45,356 nt of DNA from an uncultured Conexibacter sp. (GCA_964648515.1 CAZYMM010000001.1:1-45356); one strand, 5' to 3'. Positions 19,653 to 30,215 are shown, counted from the first letter of the stretch. Numbers and translations: made by a program. The notes: generated by a model not told the origin, from the sequence alone.

Positions 19653-19774
19653 TGCTACTCTCGCGCGCTATGGCCGGGCCAGCCCCGGAAAATTGCAGTG
19701 CCGGTGTGTCCGCAGGTTGGTGAAATCCTCCGCGTCCCGCAGGTGCTCCACGAACAACGAGGGTCATCACAACA
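19653..19774 (+). promoter_or_regulatory. Extended -10 promoter and long 5' UTR of the cold-shock gene
   Basis: TG-c-TACTCT at 19653-19661, leaving a leader of about 105 nt, as is typical of csp genes. Confidence 0.45.
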
Positions 19775-19981
19775 ATGCCTACAGGAACCGTCAAGTGGTT
19801 CAGCGACGAGAAGGGCTTCGGCTTCATCACTCCCGATGAGGGCGGCAAGGACCTGTTCGTCCACTTCTCCTCGATCCAGGCCGAGGGCTTCCGCACGCTC
19901 CCCGAGGGTGCGCGTGTCAACTACGAGGCCGAGCAGGGCCCCAAGGGCCCGAACGCCGTCAACGTCACGATGGCGAGCTGA
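19775..19981 (+). CDS. cspA: Cold-shock protein (CspA family)
   Basis: '[15 protein letters not shown]' (RNP1), 'DLFVHFSSI' (RNP2), '[10 protein letters not shown]'. Confidence 0.97.
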   Translation: MPTGTVKWFSDEKGFGFITPDEGGKDLFVHFSSIQAEGFRTLPEGARVNYEAEQGPKGPNAVNVTMAS

Positions 19982-20015
19982 GGGCGACCGCTCTCGCCCT
20001 CGGGCAAGCTGACAC

Positions 20016-20047
20016 CGGGGCCGGCGATCGCCGGCCCCGCCTGTTTT
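20016..20047 (+). terminator. Intrinsic terminator after csp
   Basis: Perfect palindrome CGGGGCCGGCGATCGCCGGCCCCG followed by CCTGTTTT. Confidence 0.7.
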
Positions 20048-20066
20048 CCGCCGCAGCAAGCAGGAG

Positions 20067-20549
20067 ATGACCGACGTCACCGAACAGATCGCAGCGCCCG
20101 ACGAGGCCGTGCTCTGGACCGACGGGGCGTGCAGCGGCAACCCCGGACCGGGCGGTTGGGCGGCGATCATCGTCGCACCGACGGGGGAGACGACGGAGCT
20201 CTCCGGCGGCGCCGCCGAGACGACCAACAACCGGATGGAGTACACGGCCGCGATCGAAGGGCTGCGTGCGCTCGATCCCGGCACAGCCGTCTGCATCGTG
20301 ACCGACTCCCGGCTGATGATCGACTCGATGACCAAGTGGCTGGGCGGCTGGAAGCGCAAGGGTTGGCGCACGTCGGCCGGCAAGGCGGTCAAGAACCGGG
20401 ATCTGATCGAGGCTCTGGAGGGCGAGCTCGCGCGCCATCGTCGCGTGCGCTGGCACTGGGTCAAGGGCCACACGACCGACGCGCAGACCGCGCTGAACGA
20501 TCGCGCCGACGAGCTCGCCGTCGCCGCTGCCGCACAGGCCTCGCGATGA
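20067..20549 (+). CDS. rnhA: Ribonuclease HI
   Basis: 'TDGACSGNPGPGGW', 'TTNNRME', 'TDSR', 'VKNRDL', 'WVKGH', 'NDRADELA'. Confidence 0.96.
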   Translation: MTDVTEQIAAPDEAVLWTDGACSGNPGPGGWAAIIVAPTGETTELSGGAAETTNNRMEYTAAIEGLRALDPGTAVCIVTDSRLMIDSMTKWLGGWKRKGWRTSAGKAVKNRDLIEALEGELARHRRVRWHWVKGHTTDAQTALNDRADELAVAAAAQASR

Positions 20550-21829
20550 GCCCGGCGCGACCCGATCCGGTCGCGCCGCAGGCACTGCTCGAGCTGGTGC
20601 GGCCCGGTGCCGACCTGATCGTGCCGCTGGCCTGCGGCGAGCCGCCGGCCCTGCTCGACGCGCTCGAGGCCGGCCACAGCGACCTGCACGGCGTGCGGAT
20701 CCACCAGATGCACGCACTGCACGACCGTCCTTATCTGCACGGCGCGTACGGCAATCACCTGCGGCACGTCAGCTACTTCCTCTCGCCGGTGACGCGTGAG
20801 CCCTACTGGCGCGGACAGTTGGATCTCGTGCCGGCGAACTTCTCGGAGATGCCGCGGATCTTGCGCGATCACACGGAGTGCTCGATGGTGCTCGCCGCCT
20901 CGACGCCGCCAGACCGGCACGGCTACTTCTCGCTCGGTACGAACGCCGATTATGTGGCGCCGCTGATCGGCCATGTCCCGTTCTTCCTCGAGGCGATCGA
21001 GGGGATGCCGCGCACATCCGGTCAGAACCAGATCCACATCTCCCAGATCGCCGGCTGGACGACCTCCGAGCGGACCCTGCCGCAGATGGAGCCGATCGAG
21101 CCCGATGAGCGCGACCACGCGATCGCCGAGCTCGTCGCTGCTGAGATCCCGGACGGCGCCACGATCCAGGTCGGTATCGGCGGGATCCCGAACGCGCTGC
21201 TCTCGCATCTGCGTGGCCATCGTGATCTCGGCGTCCACACCGAGCTGCTCTCAGACGGTCTGATGGACCTCGCCGAGCGCGGCGTGATCACCGGTACACG
21301 CAAGCAGATCTTCGAGGGCAAGATCGTGGCGACGTTCGCGCTCGGCACGCGCGCGCTCTACGACTGGCTCGACGAGAACGTGGCGGTCGAGATGATGCCG
21401 GTCGACATCGTCAACGATCCGCGCCGGATCGCGCGGATGCACGACTTCATGTCGATCAGTGCCACCACCGAGGTCGACCTCTACGGCCAGTGCGCGTCGG
21501 AGACGATCGCCGGACGCTACTGGTCGGCGAGCGGTGGGCAGGCCGACTTCGCGCGCGGTGCGATGTACGCCGAGCGCGGACGGGCCTTCATCGTGCTGCA
21601 CTCGACGACATCGAGCGGCAAGAGCCGGATCGGCGTGACGTTGACGCCGGGCTCGGTCGTGACGACGCCGAAGAACACCGTCGACCACGTGGTCACCGAG
21701 TACGGGATCGCGCGGCTGCGTGGCCGCTCGTTCACCGAGCGGGCGCAGGCACTGATCGCGATCGCCCACCCCGATCACCGCGAGCAGCTGGCGGCCGACG
21801 CCCGACGCAGCGGCATCCTGCACTCCTGA
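20546..21829 (+). CDS. Acetyl-CoA hydrolase/transferase family protein (4-hydroxybutyrate CoA-transferase-like)
   Basis: 'IQVGIGGIPNA', 'GVHTELLSDG', 'GGQADFARGA', 'VVTEYGIARLRG', 'IAHPDHRE'. ATGA overlap with rnhA. Confidence 0.9.
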   Translation: MSPARPDPVAPQALLELVRPGADLIVPLACGEPPALLDALEAGHSDLHGVRIHQMHALHDRPYLHGAYGNHLRHVSYFLSPVTREPYWRGQLDLVPANFSEMPRILRDHTECSMVLAASTPPDRHGYFSLGTNADYVAPLIGHVPFFLEAIEGMPRTSGQNQIHISQIAGWTTSERTLPQMEPIEPDERDHAIAELVAAEIPDGATIQVGIGGIPNALLSHLRGHRDLGVHTELLSDGLMDLAERGVITGTRKQIFEGKIVATFALGTRALYDWLDENVAVEMMPVDIVNDPRRIARMHDFMSISATTEVDLYGQCASETIAGRYWSASGGQADFARGAMYAERGRAFIVLHSTTSSGKSRIGVTLTPGSVVTTPKNTVDHVVTEYGIARLRGRSFTERAQALIAIAHPDHREQLAADARRSGILHS

Positions 21830-21842
21830 GTGCGCGTGGCTC

Positions 21843-22475
21843 TCAGGCCGCGCGGGACTGGGAGCGCAGCCTGGCCTCACGTGCCCGCTGGCGGTGCCAG
21901 CGTGCGACGAGGTCGCCGACGCCCTGCACGTACTCTGCGGTGTCGGCGGTGATCAGCGCAGTCTGATGCTCGTTGCGCCAGGCGACCGAGGCGGAGACCG
22001 TGATCGGCTCCAGCCCCGGCACCAGAACTACGACCTCGGTCCGCGTGGCAGGCGTGATCGCACCGCGGTCGGCGACGCGCATACCGCCGGCCGAGACGTC
22101 GGTGCATGTGCCGCTCCAATCGCTGATCGTTGCGCCGCTCGCATCGAGCGTGCGCACCGTGACCGCCAGCGGCAGCGGTGCACGGCTGTAGACACGCCGG
22201 TTGCCGTCGATGAAGCGGTCGGCCGCGACGAAGCCGATCACGTCGTCTTCGCCGATCGCGTGAATCAGGCCGCGCTGGGCGCGCAGGCTGTCGCCGTCCT
22301 CGTAGAGCAGCATCGCGCGCGGGATCTGGGCGAGCGCGTCGCGCATCGGGTCGTCCATCTGGCGCCGGATCATCAGATGGACGGTGCGCGCATGGAAGCA
22401 GACGATCTCGACCTGCTGCTTCTCGAGCGGGAAGATCGTCTCACCGAGACGGCAGCAGTGGCCCTCGTAGATCAC
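21843..22475 (-). CDS. PilZ-domain (c-di-GMP receptor) protein
   Basis: RxxxR in 'NRRVYSR' and DxSxxG in 'DVSAGG'. Start at GTG 22475 is tentative. Confidence 0.72.
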   Translation of the reverse strand: MIYEGHCCRLGETIFPLEKQQVEIVCFHARTVHLMIRRQMDDPMRDALAQIPRAMLLYEDGDSLRAQRGLIHAIGEDDVIGFVAADRFIDGNRRVYSRAPLPLAVTVRTLDASGATISDWSGTCTDVSAGGMRVADRGAITPATRTEVVVLVPGLEPITVSASVAWRNEHQTALITADTAEYVQGVGDLVARWHRQRAREARLRSQSRAA

Positions 22476-22616
22476 CGCTCTGCCCTCGGGACGGGCTGCC
22501 GTGTCTGCCGGCTGCCGCGTGGTCTGCTCTGCGCGCGCACACCCTCTTGATCGGCCGCTGTGCGCCGGTCTCAAGCTTGGGCCGTCGGTCAGTGGTCTCC
22601 AGATAGTCTCGGGAGG

Positions 22617-23819
22617 GTGGAACTCTCGCTCGCCGAGGCACGACGGATCGCCCTCGCCGCGCAGGGATTCGACCGGCCGTCGCCTGATAGCGCGGTCGAC
22701 TCCCGCGCGATCACGACGCGGATCGTGCGCCGTCTCGGCCTACTGCAGCTCGACTCCGTCAACGTGCTCGAGCGGGCTCACTACCTGCCGGTCTTCTCGC
22801 GCCTGGGGCCCTACGACCGCGAGCTGCTCGATGCGCAGGCCCATCGCGCGCCGCGTCGGCTGTTCGAATACTGGGGCCACGAGGCCTCGCTGATCGACGT
22901 CCGGCTGCAGCCCGCATTGCGCTGGCGAATGGCGCGCGCCCGCGACGAGGCCTGGAGCGGCGTCCGTGACGTGGCCGAGCGCCGGCCGGACCTGGTCGCG
23001 GCGGTGCTTGCCGAGGTCCGCGAACGGGGCCCGCTGCGGGCATCGGATCTTGCCCACCACGAGGGCCGCGATCACGCCCGCGGGCCGTGGTGGTCGTGGT
23101 CCGACGTCAAACGGGCCCTCGAATACCTGTTCTGGTCGGGGGAGATCAGCAGCGCGCGGCGGATCAACTTCGAGCGCCGCTATGCCGCGACCGACCAGGT
23201 GCTGCCGCGCGCGGTGCTGGGCGCGCCGACGCCACCGGTCGAGCAGGCACAGCGAACGTTGATCGGCGTCGCCGCGCGTGCGCTCGGCGTGGCGACGGCA
23301 AGCGATCTCCGTGACTGGTTCCGTCTGCCTGCCCCGGGCTTCGGCAACCGGTTGGCCGAGCTCGTCGAGGCCGGCGAGCTGAACATCGGCCGAGTCGAGG
23401 GCTGGACGACACCGGCCTACCTCGTACCCGGAGCTCGTCTGCCGCGACAGATCGACGCCCGAGCACTGCTCTGCCCGTTCGATCCGCTGATCTGGACGCG
23501 GCCGCGGGTCGAGCGCCTGTTCGGCTTTCGCTACCGGATCGAGATCTATGTCCCGGCTGGCCGGCGTGTCCACGGCTACTACGTGCTGCCGTTCCTGCTC
23601 GGCGACCGGCTCGTCGCACGCGTCGATCTGAAGTCCGACCGGGCCGCCCGCGTGCTGCTCGTCAAGGCTGTCTTCTTCGAGCCGGATGCTCCGCAACGGA
23701 CGGCAGGCGAGCTGGCTGCCGCGCTGGGACAGCTCGCCGCGTGGCTTGGGCTGAGCAGCGTGCGCGTCGCCGGCGCGGGTGCTCCTGCGCGAGCCCTGCG
23801 TACTGCTCTGCGCGCATAG
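22617..23819 (+). CDS. YcaQ/AlkZ-family (HTH_42) crosslink-repair DNA glycosylase
   Basis: 'EARRIALAAQGF', catalytic QxD in 'LQLDSVNV', 'FEYWGHEAS', 'PFDPLIW', 'YRIEIYVP..R.HGYYVLP'. Confidence 0.9.
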   Translation: MELSLAEARRIALAAQGFDRPSPDSAVDSRAITTRIVRRLGLLQLDSVNVLERAHYLPVFSRLGPYDRELLDAQAHRAPRRLFEYWGHEASLIDVRLQPALRWRMARARDEAWSGVRDVAERRPDLVAAVLAEVRERGPLRASDLAHHEGRDHARGPWWSWSDVKRALEYLFWSGEISSARRINFERRYAATDQVLPRAVLGAPTPPVEQAQRTLIGVAARALGVATASDLRDWFRLPAPGFGNRLAELVEAGELNIGRVEGWTTPAYLVPGARLPRQIDARALLCPFDPLIWTRPRVERLFGFRYRIEIYVPAGRRVHGYYVLPFLLGDRLVARVDLKSDRAARVLLVKAVFFEPDAPQRTAGELAAALGQLAAWLGLSSVRVAGAGAPARALRTALRA

Positions 23820-23831
23820 AGTGCGGCGTCT

Positions 23832-25742
<1,911 letters not shown>

Positions 25743-25772
25743 CGGGCGGCTCGGGGAATGCGGCGGACTGCC

Positions 25773-26201
25773 TCACGGCAGCGGTGTGCGCCAGCGGAGC
25801 GCCGGGAAGCGGGCAAACCCGCGATCGGTTGTCACCCAGGTGGCGCCGTGCTCCAGCGCGAGCGCAGCCAGGTAGGCGTCCGGTACGAGGTTGCCGCGCG
25901 CCTGCGCCTGCTCGCAGAGTGACGTGAAGATCTCCCAGTGGCGCGGCCCGGACCGGACGGCGATCGCCGCCGGCGCACTTGAGACCGCGTGACAGAAGCG
26001 CAGCGCGTCGTCCGGCGGTGTGGGCTCGCGATAAACGCGATGGTTCGTGACGATGCGCAGGAAGGATGAGAGCACGAGCTCCGAGACGCCGAACGGTTCG
26101 GGGCCTGACAGTGCCTCGGCCAGCCACGCCCGGTGCTCGTCGGAGCGTGGGCTCTCCGGTCGATGGGCGTAGACGAAGACGTTTACGTCAGCCAGCAGCA
26201 C
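25773..26201 (-). CDS. vapC: VapC PIN-domain toxin
   Basis: 'LADVNVFVYA', 'FLRIVTN', 'GNLVPDAYLAALALEHG', 'TTDRGFARF'; GTG start overlaps the antitoxin end. Confidence 0.9.
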   Translation of the reverse strand: MLLADVNVFVYAHRPESPRSDEHRAWLAEALSGPEPFGVSELVLSSFLRIVTNHRVYREPTPPDDALRFCHAVSSAPAAIAVRSGPRHWEIFTSLCEQAQARGNLVPDAYLAALALEHGATWVTTDRGFARFPALRWRTPLP

Positions 26202-26448
26202 GAAGATCCTCGTGCGCATCAAGCAGTTCGGCGAGAGCTTCCTTGTTCTCAAGGTCGACGCCGGGTTGCAGCCCGCTGCCGCCGTAGACCGGGAGATCGA
26301 CCGGGCGACTGGCGGCGCCCGCGCTCTGCGACGCCAGCAGCAGCCGGAGTGCATCTTCGATGATGGCGCTCATGCTGCGGCCTTCCTGCAGCGCAAGCGC
26401 GCGAGCGCTACGCAGGAGCTCGTCGTCGATCGAGACCGTCGTACGCAT
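26188..26448 (-). CDS. vapB: VapB ribbon-helix-helix antitoxin
   Basis: 'MRTTVSIDDELL..AR..A...GRSMSAIIEDALR', directly upstream of and overlapping vapC. Confidence 0.88.
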   Translation of the reverse strand: MRTTVSIDDELLRSARALALQEGRSMSAIIEDALRLLLASQSAGAASRPVDLPVYGGSGLQPGVDLENKEALAELLDAHEDLRAAG

Positions 26449-26451
26449 GTG

Positions 26452-26486
26452 CGCATCATGACACAGACGCGACGCATCATGATGCG
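26452..26486. promoter_or_regulatory. Probable VapBC autorepression operator
   Basis: Perfect palindrome CGCATCATGATGCG (26473-26486) and a repeat CGCATCATGA 21 bp away (26452-26461), immediately upstream of vapB. Confidence 0.6.
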
Positions 26487-26511
26487 GGCGAGCGAACCGA
26501 CGTCTTCGGCA

Positions 26512-26539
26512 ATGCTCGATAATGAATCTTATGTAGTTC
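26512..26539 (+). other. dif-like XerC/XerD recombination site
   Basis: ATGCTCGATAA-TGAATC-TTATGTAGTTC: 11-6-11 layout with the ATAA-N6-TTATGT core of dif sites; AT-rich island in GC-rich DNA. Confidence 0.6.
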
Positions 26540-26582
26540 GTGTCCTGTCGAGGTCGCCGATGGGCACAGGTACCATGCGCGA

Positions 26583-27254
26583 ATGCTGCTAGCCCTCCTG
26601 TCGGGCCTTGCCACACTGGCCGGCGGTGCTGCTGGCAGCGGTCCTTCGGTCGTCGCGCCGGCGGCGGTGACCGTCGCAACACGGCCGCGCATCGTTCAGC
26701 GGCCGGTCCCGTTCACCGCTGCGCGTAAGCGCGAGACGGCCGACTACGCGCAGCGCCATTACGGAAAGCGTACCTTTCGCCTGGATCCGAAGGTGATCGT
26801 CGAGCATTACACGGTCACCACCAACTTCATGGCTGCTTGGAACACGTTCGCGCCCGACCGGCCCGACAGCGAACTGCATGAACTGCCCGGCCTCTGTGCG
26901 CACTTCATCGTCGGCACCGACGGGACGATCTATCAGCTCGTATCGCTGCGCTACATCTGCCGCCACACGGTCGGCCTCAACGACCGTGCGATCGGGATCG
27001 AGCAGGTCGGCCTGTCGGCACGCGAGATCCTCGGGAGACCGCGTCAGCGCCGCGCGATCATCGCCCTGACGGCCTGGCTCCAGTGCCGGTATCGGATCGC
27101 CGGCTCGAACGTTATCGGCCACGCGATGAGCCTCTCCTCCCCATTCCACCATGAACGGGTGTCACGGCTCCGCAACCAGACCCACGGCGACTGGACGGCG
27201 AAGGAGCTGGCGCCGCTGCGCCGCGAGCTCGGCCGCTACCGCTGCCCATCCTGA
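26583..27254 (+). CDS. Secreted N-acetylmuramoyl-L-alanine amidase (Amidase_2/PGRP-like)
   Basis: Signal peptide; 'VIVEHYT', 'AHFIVGTDGTIYQLV', 'RHTVGLN..AIGIE', 'VIGH'. Confidence 0.85.
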   Translation: MLLALLSGLATLAGGAAGSGPSVVAPAAVTVATRPRIVQRPVPFTAARKRETADYAQRHYGKRTFRLDPKVIVEHYTVTTNFMAAWNTFAPDRPDSELHELPGLCAHFIVGTDGTIYQLVSLRYICRHTVGLNDRAIGIEQVGLSAREILGRPRQRRAIIALTAWLQCRYRIAGSNVIGHAMSLSSPFHHERVSRLRNQTHGDWTAKELAPLRRELGRYRCPS

Positions 27255-27308
27255 CCGGCCGCTACCTGCCGGTGCATCGTCACGGACGGCTAGCCTCTGT
27301 CGCACACG

Positions 27309-27656
27309 ATGAAGCAACACCTACGCCCGCTGTTCGACCGCATCGTCATCAAGGAGCTGGAGCCCGAGCGCTTCCGCCGCTCCGGCCTGCTCGTGCCGGC
27401 TGGCCAGAACGAGCCGCCGCCGCAGCACGGCATCGTGCTCAGCGTCGGCCAGGGGCTCGACTGGTGGGAGCACGTCGGCGTGCGGATGCCGGTCGCGCCC
27501 GGCGATCACGTCGTCTTCCCGGCGATGGCCGGCGTCTGGGTGGAAGTCGACGAGGAGCGGCTGCTGATCTGCCGCGTCGGCGAGATCCTCGGCGTGCTCG
27601 AGGAGCAGCGCGACCCGGTCACGCCGCGCCCGGACGAGACGCAGGCCGCCGGCTGA
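27309..27656 (+). CDS. GroES/Cpn10-family co-chaperonin (stand-alone, divergent)
   Basis: 'LRPLFDRIVIK', 'SGLLVP', 'GIVLSVGQG', 'VAPGDHVVF', 'EILGVLE'; no groEL adjacent. Confidence 0.85.
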   Translation: MKQHLRPLFDRIVIKELEPERFRRSGLLVPAGQNEPPPQHGIVLSVGQGLDWWEHVGVRMPVAPGDHVVFPAMAGVWVEVDEERLLICRVGEILGVLEEQRDPVTPRPDETQAAG

Positions 27657-27692
27657 GCTTCGGACAGCCATCGGTCATCGGTCGAGCCGGTG

Positions 27693-27720
27693 TCAGGGCC
27701 GGGCACCCGGCTGCCGATCC
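27693..27720 (+). promoter_or_regulatory. Sigma28 (FliA/WhiG)-type promoter
   Basis: TCAG-N16-GCCGATCC, ending 7 nt before the GTG of a flagellar rod-like mini-gene. Confidence 0.55.
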
Positions 27721-27727
27721 GGTCGGT

Positions 27728-27970
27728 GTGCAGATCGGTGCCGTCAGCGGAATGCAGCAGGCGATGCGGATGTTCGAGCGCAGCGCCGCCGAGACGACGG
27801 CCGCCGCGGCCGCGACCGCCGACCCCGAAGAGGCCGCGACCGACGGCGAGCCGGATCTCGCGGCCGGCATCACCGGCATGATCGCGGCCAAGATCGCCTA
27901 CACGGCGAACGCGCGCGTGCTCGAGGCGGGTCGCGAGCAGGACCGCGTGCTGCTCGATCTGCTCGCCTGA
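27728..27970 (+). CDS. Small flagellar basal-body rod/hook C-terminal domain protein (DUF1078-like, 80 aa)
   Basis: 'AVSGMQ.A...F..SA' N-helix and 'DLAAGITGMIAAKIAYTANARVL......LLDLLA' C-helix resemble axial-protein D0 helices. Confidence 0.7.
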   Translation: MQIGAVSGMQQAMRMFERSAAETTAAAAATADPEEAATDGEPDLAAGITGMIAAKIAYTANARVLEAGREQDRVLLDLLA

Positions 27971-28002
27971 CCGGCGGCCGCTGCCAATAGCCTCAGCGGG
28001 CC

Positions 28003-29556
28003 GTGTCCGCACAGCCTGCCCACGCAATCGAACGCCGGCTCTACCTGCCGCTGGCTGCGGCGCTCGTGCTGTCGAACCTGCAGGGTGTCCTGGTCCTCGT
28101 GATCTTCCTCGGCTACCTGCTGCCGCTGCCGGCGCTGCACGCGGGCCAGCACGCGCTCGAGACCAACCTGATCACGGTCGCGATCGCGCTTGCAGCGATG
28201 CTCCCGGTCGGGCTGCTGTGGACGATTCGGCTCTGGCGCCCGGTCCACGACTGGCTTGCCTCGGGCAGGCCGGCTGCGGCAACCGACCGTCGTGCGGTGC
28301 TGCGCACGCCGGCTCGCTTCGTGCGGGTACCGGCCACGTTCTGGACATCGTCGGCGCTGCTCTTCGCGATCGTCAACGCCACCTACTCGCGACGGCTGGC
28401 GATGGCCGTCGTGATCGCGATCATCCTCGGCGGTCTTGCCACCGGCGTGATCACCTATCTGACAACCCAGCGCCTGCTGCGGCCGGTCACGCTGCTGGCG
28501 CTGCGCGACTATGACGGTGCAGGCAGCGACCTGCCCGGGATCTCATGGCGGGTGATGCTGGCCTGGGCGCTCGGCACCGGCGTTCCCGTGCTCGGCAGCG
28601 CGCTCGTCGGGATCGGCGTTCTGACCGGTGTCCTGCCCGGATCCGTGCGCCACCTCGCCGGCGCCACCGTCTTCCTATCGCTGACCGGGCTCGCGTCCGG
28701 TGCGTTCGTGATGTGGATCAGCACGCGCTCGTTCTCCGAGCCGCTGGCCGATCTGCGCGAGGCGATGACGAGGGTGCGCGTCGGTGAGCACGACGTCCGC
28801 GTCGCGATCTACGACGGCAGCGAGATCGGCCAGCTCCAGGCGGGTTTCAACGACATGGTTGCGGGGCTCGAGGAGCGTGAGCAGCTGCGCGACCTGTTCG
28901 GCCGTCAGGTCGGCGCCGAGGTCGCCGAGCAGTCGCTCGAACGCGGCAGCGAGCTCGGTGGCGAGGAGCTCGATGTCGCGGTCATGTTCTGCGATCTGAT
29001 CGGTTCGACCCGCCTCGCCGGATCGTTGGCTCCGCAGGAGCTGGTCCGGGTGCTGAACCGGTTCTTCGGGATCATCGTCGATGCGGTCGGCGCCGAGGGC
29101 GGCACGGTCAACAAGTTCGTCGGCGACGCGGGGCTCGCCGTCTTCGGCGCCCCACTCCCCCACGACGATGCGTCGGGTGCGGCGCTCCGTGCGGCGCTCG
29201 CGATCCGCGCGCGCCTGCCGGTCGAGATTCCCGGCTATGACGCCGGCATCGGCGTCTCCGCCGGCCGTGTCGTCGCCGGCAACGTCGGCAGCGCCGAGCG
29301 GTTCGAGTACACGGTGATCGGAGACGCCGTCAACGAGGCGTCGCGGCTGACCGAGCTGGCCAAGCACGATCGTGGCCGGATCCTGGTCTCGGCGCACGTC
29401 GTCGGGGCGGCGAACGGTCCGCACGGGCGCTGGCAGCGTGTCGGCCGCCAGCGGCTCCGCGGCCGCGCACGACCGACCGTGATCCTGCGTCCGGCGCCAG
29501 ATCAGGAGCCGGCGGCGCCGGCGACCAGCGTCCGCCCCCAGGCCTCGAGGTCGTAG
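28003..29556 (+). CDS. Membrane-bound class III adenylate cyclase with HAMP domain
   Basis: About six TMs, HAMP 'EIGQLQAGFNDMV', 'FCDLIGST', 'NKFVGDA', 'YTVIGDAVNEASRL'. Confidence 0.93.
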   Translation: MSAQPAHAIERRLYLPLAAALVLSNLQGVLVLVIFLGYLLPLPALHAGQHALETNLITVAIALAAMLPVGLLWTIRLWRPVHDWLASGRPAAATDRRAVLRTPARFVRVPATFWTSSALLFAIVNATYSRRLAMAVVIAIILGGLATGVITYLTTQRLLRPVTLLALRDYDGAGSDLPGISWRVMLAWALGTGVPVLGSALVGIGVLTGVLPGSVRHLAGATVFLSLTGLASGAFVMWISTRSFSEPLADLREAMTRVRVGEHDVRVAIYDGSEIGQLQAGFNDMVAGLEEREQLRDLFGRQVGAEVAEQSLERGSELGGEELDVAVMFCDLIGSTRLAGSLAPQELVRVLNRFFGIIVDAVGAEGGTVNKFVGDAGLAVFGAPLPHDDASGAALRAALAIRARLPVEIPGYDAGIGVSAGRVVAGNVGSAERFEYTVIGDAVNEASRLTELAKHDRGRILVSAHVVGAANGPHGRWQRVGRQRLRGRARPTVILRPAPDQEPAAPATSVRPQASRS

Positions 29557-30143
29557 GGCGGCGGGACCCGGTAGCCGAGCACGGCCCCGGCCCGGGCGCC
29601 GATGTCGCCGGTCGCCCACTTCGAGAAGCTCTCTGCGAACCGCTCGCGCACGGTCGCGCAGGCGCCGGAGACGCCGTCATCACAGCCGTAGCCGCGCGGC
29701 ACCATCGTGTCCAGGCGGCTGTCGAGTTCGGCCGGGGTCAGCGCGAAGTCGACGACGTGGCCGAACTCGTGCATCACGAGCCGGTCGGTCCCGGGCGTTC
29801 CCAACGCGCGATAGATCAGCGGCAGGTCCAGGGTCACGGTGAACCGTTCGTTCTCGAGGTGGGTGAGCCCGGCGACGTCGGCGGCCGGGCTGCCGATCTC
29901 GACCGTTACCGCCCCGAGCTGGCGCTCGATCAGCGCCCTTGCCTGCGGCCGTGCGCGTGCCAGCGCTCCGATCACCAGTGCACGGTCGGCGGCCGAGACG
30001 GCCGGCCCGAAATGGAGCGCGCCAGCACGGTCGGCGAAGCGGCCCTCGACCGGGGCCTGTGCGATTCCCTGACGCTGCCAGACGAGCACGGCGATGAAGC
30101 AGCAGAGCAGCACCAGCAGCAATGAGATCGTCGAGCGCGACAT
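29502..30143 (-). CDS. Exported HExxH zinc-metallopeptidase-like protein
   Basis: N-terminal hydrophobic helix, 'VMHEFGHVVD', downstream 'ERFAESF'. Confidence 0.7.
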   Translation of the reverse strand: MSRSTISLLLVLLCCFIAVLVWQRQGIAQAPVEGRFADRAGALHFGPAVSAADRALVIGALARARPQARALIERQLGAVTVEIGSPAADVAGLTHLENERFTVTLDLPLIYRALGTPGTDRLVMHEFGHVVDFALTPAELDSRLDTMVPRGYGCDDGVSGACATVRERFAESFSKWATGDIGARAGAVLGYRVPPPYDLEAWGRTLVAGAAGS

Positions 30144-30215
30144 CGGGCCTTGCCCAGTATCGGCGCCGCAGCCGGTACGTTGCAGTCCGATGCCCGCCGG
30201 CCGGACGACCTGAGC

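Noticed and set aside
25743-25772. Second dif-like site that would bracket vapBC as a complete module
   Set aside because: No ATAA-N6-TTAT core in this gap.
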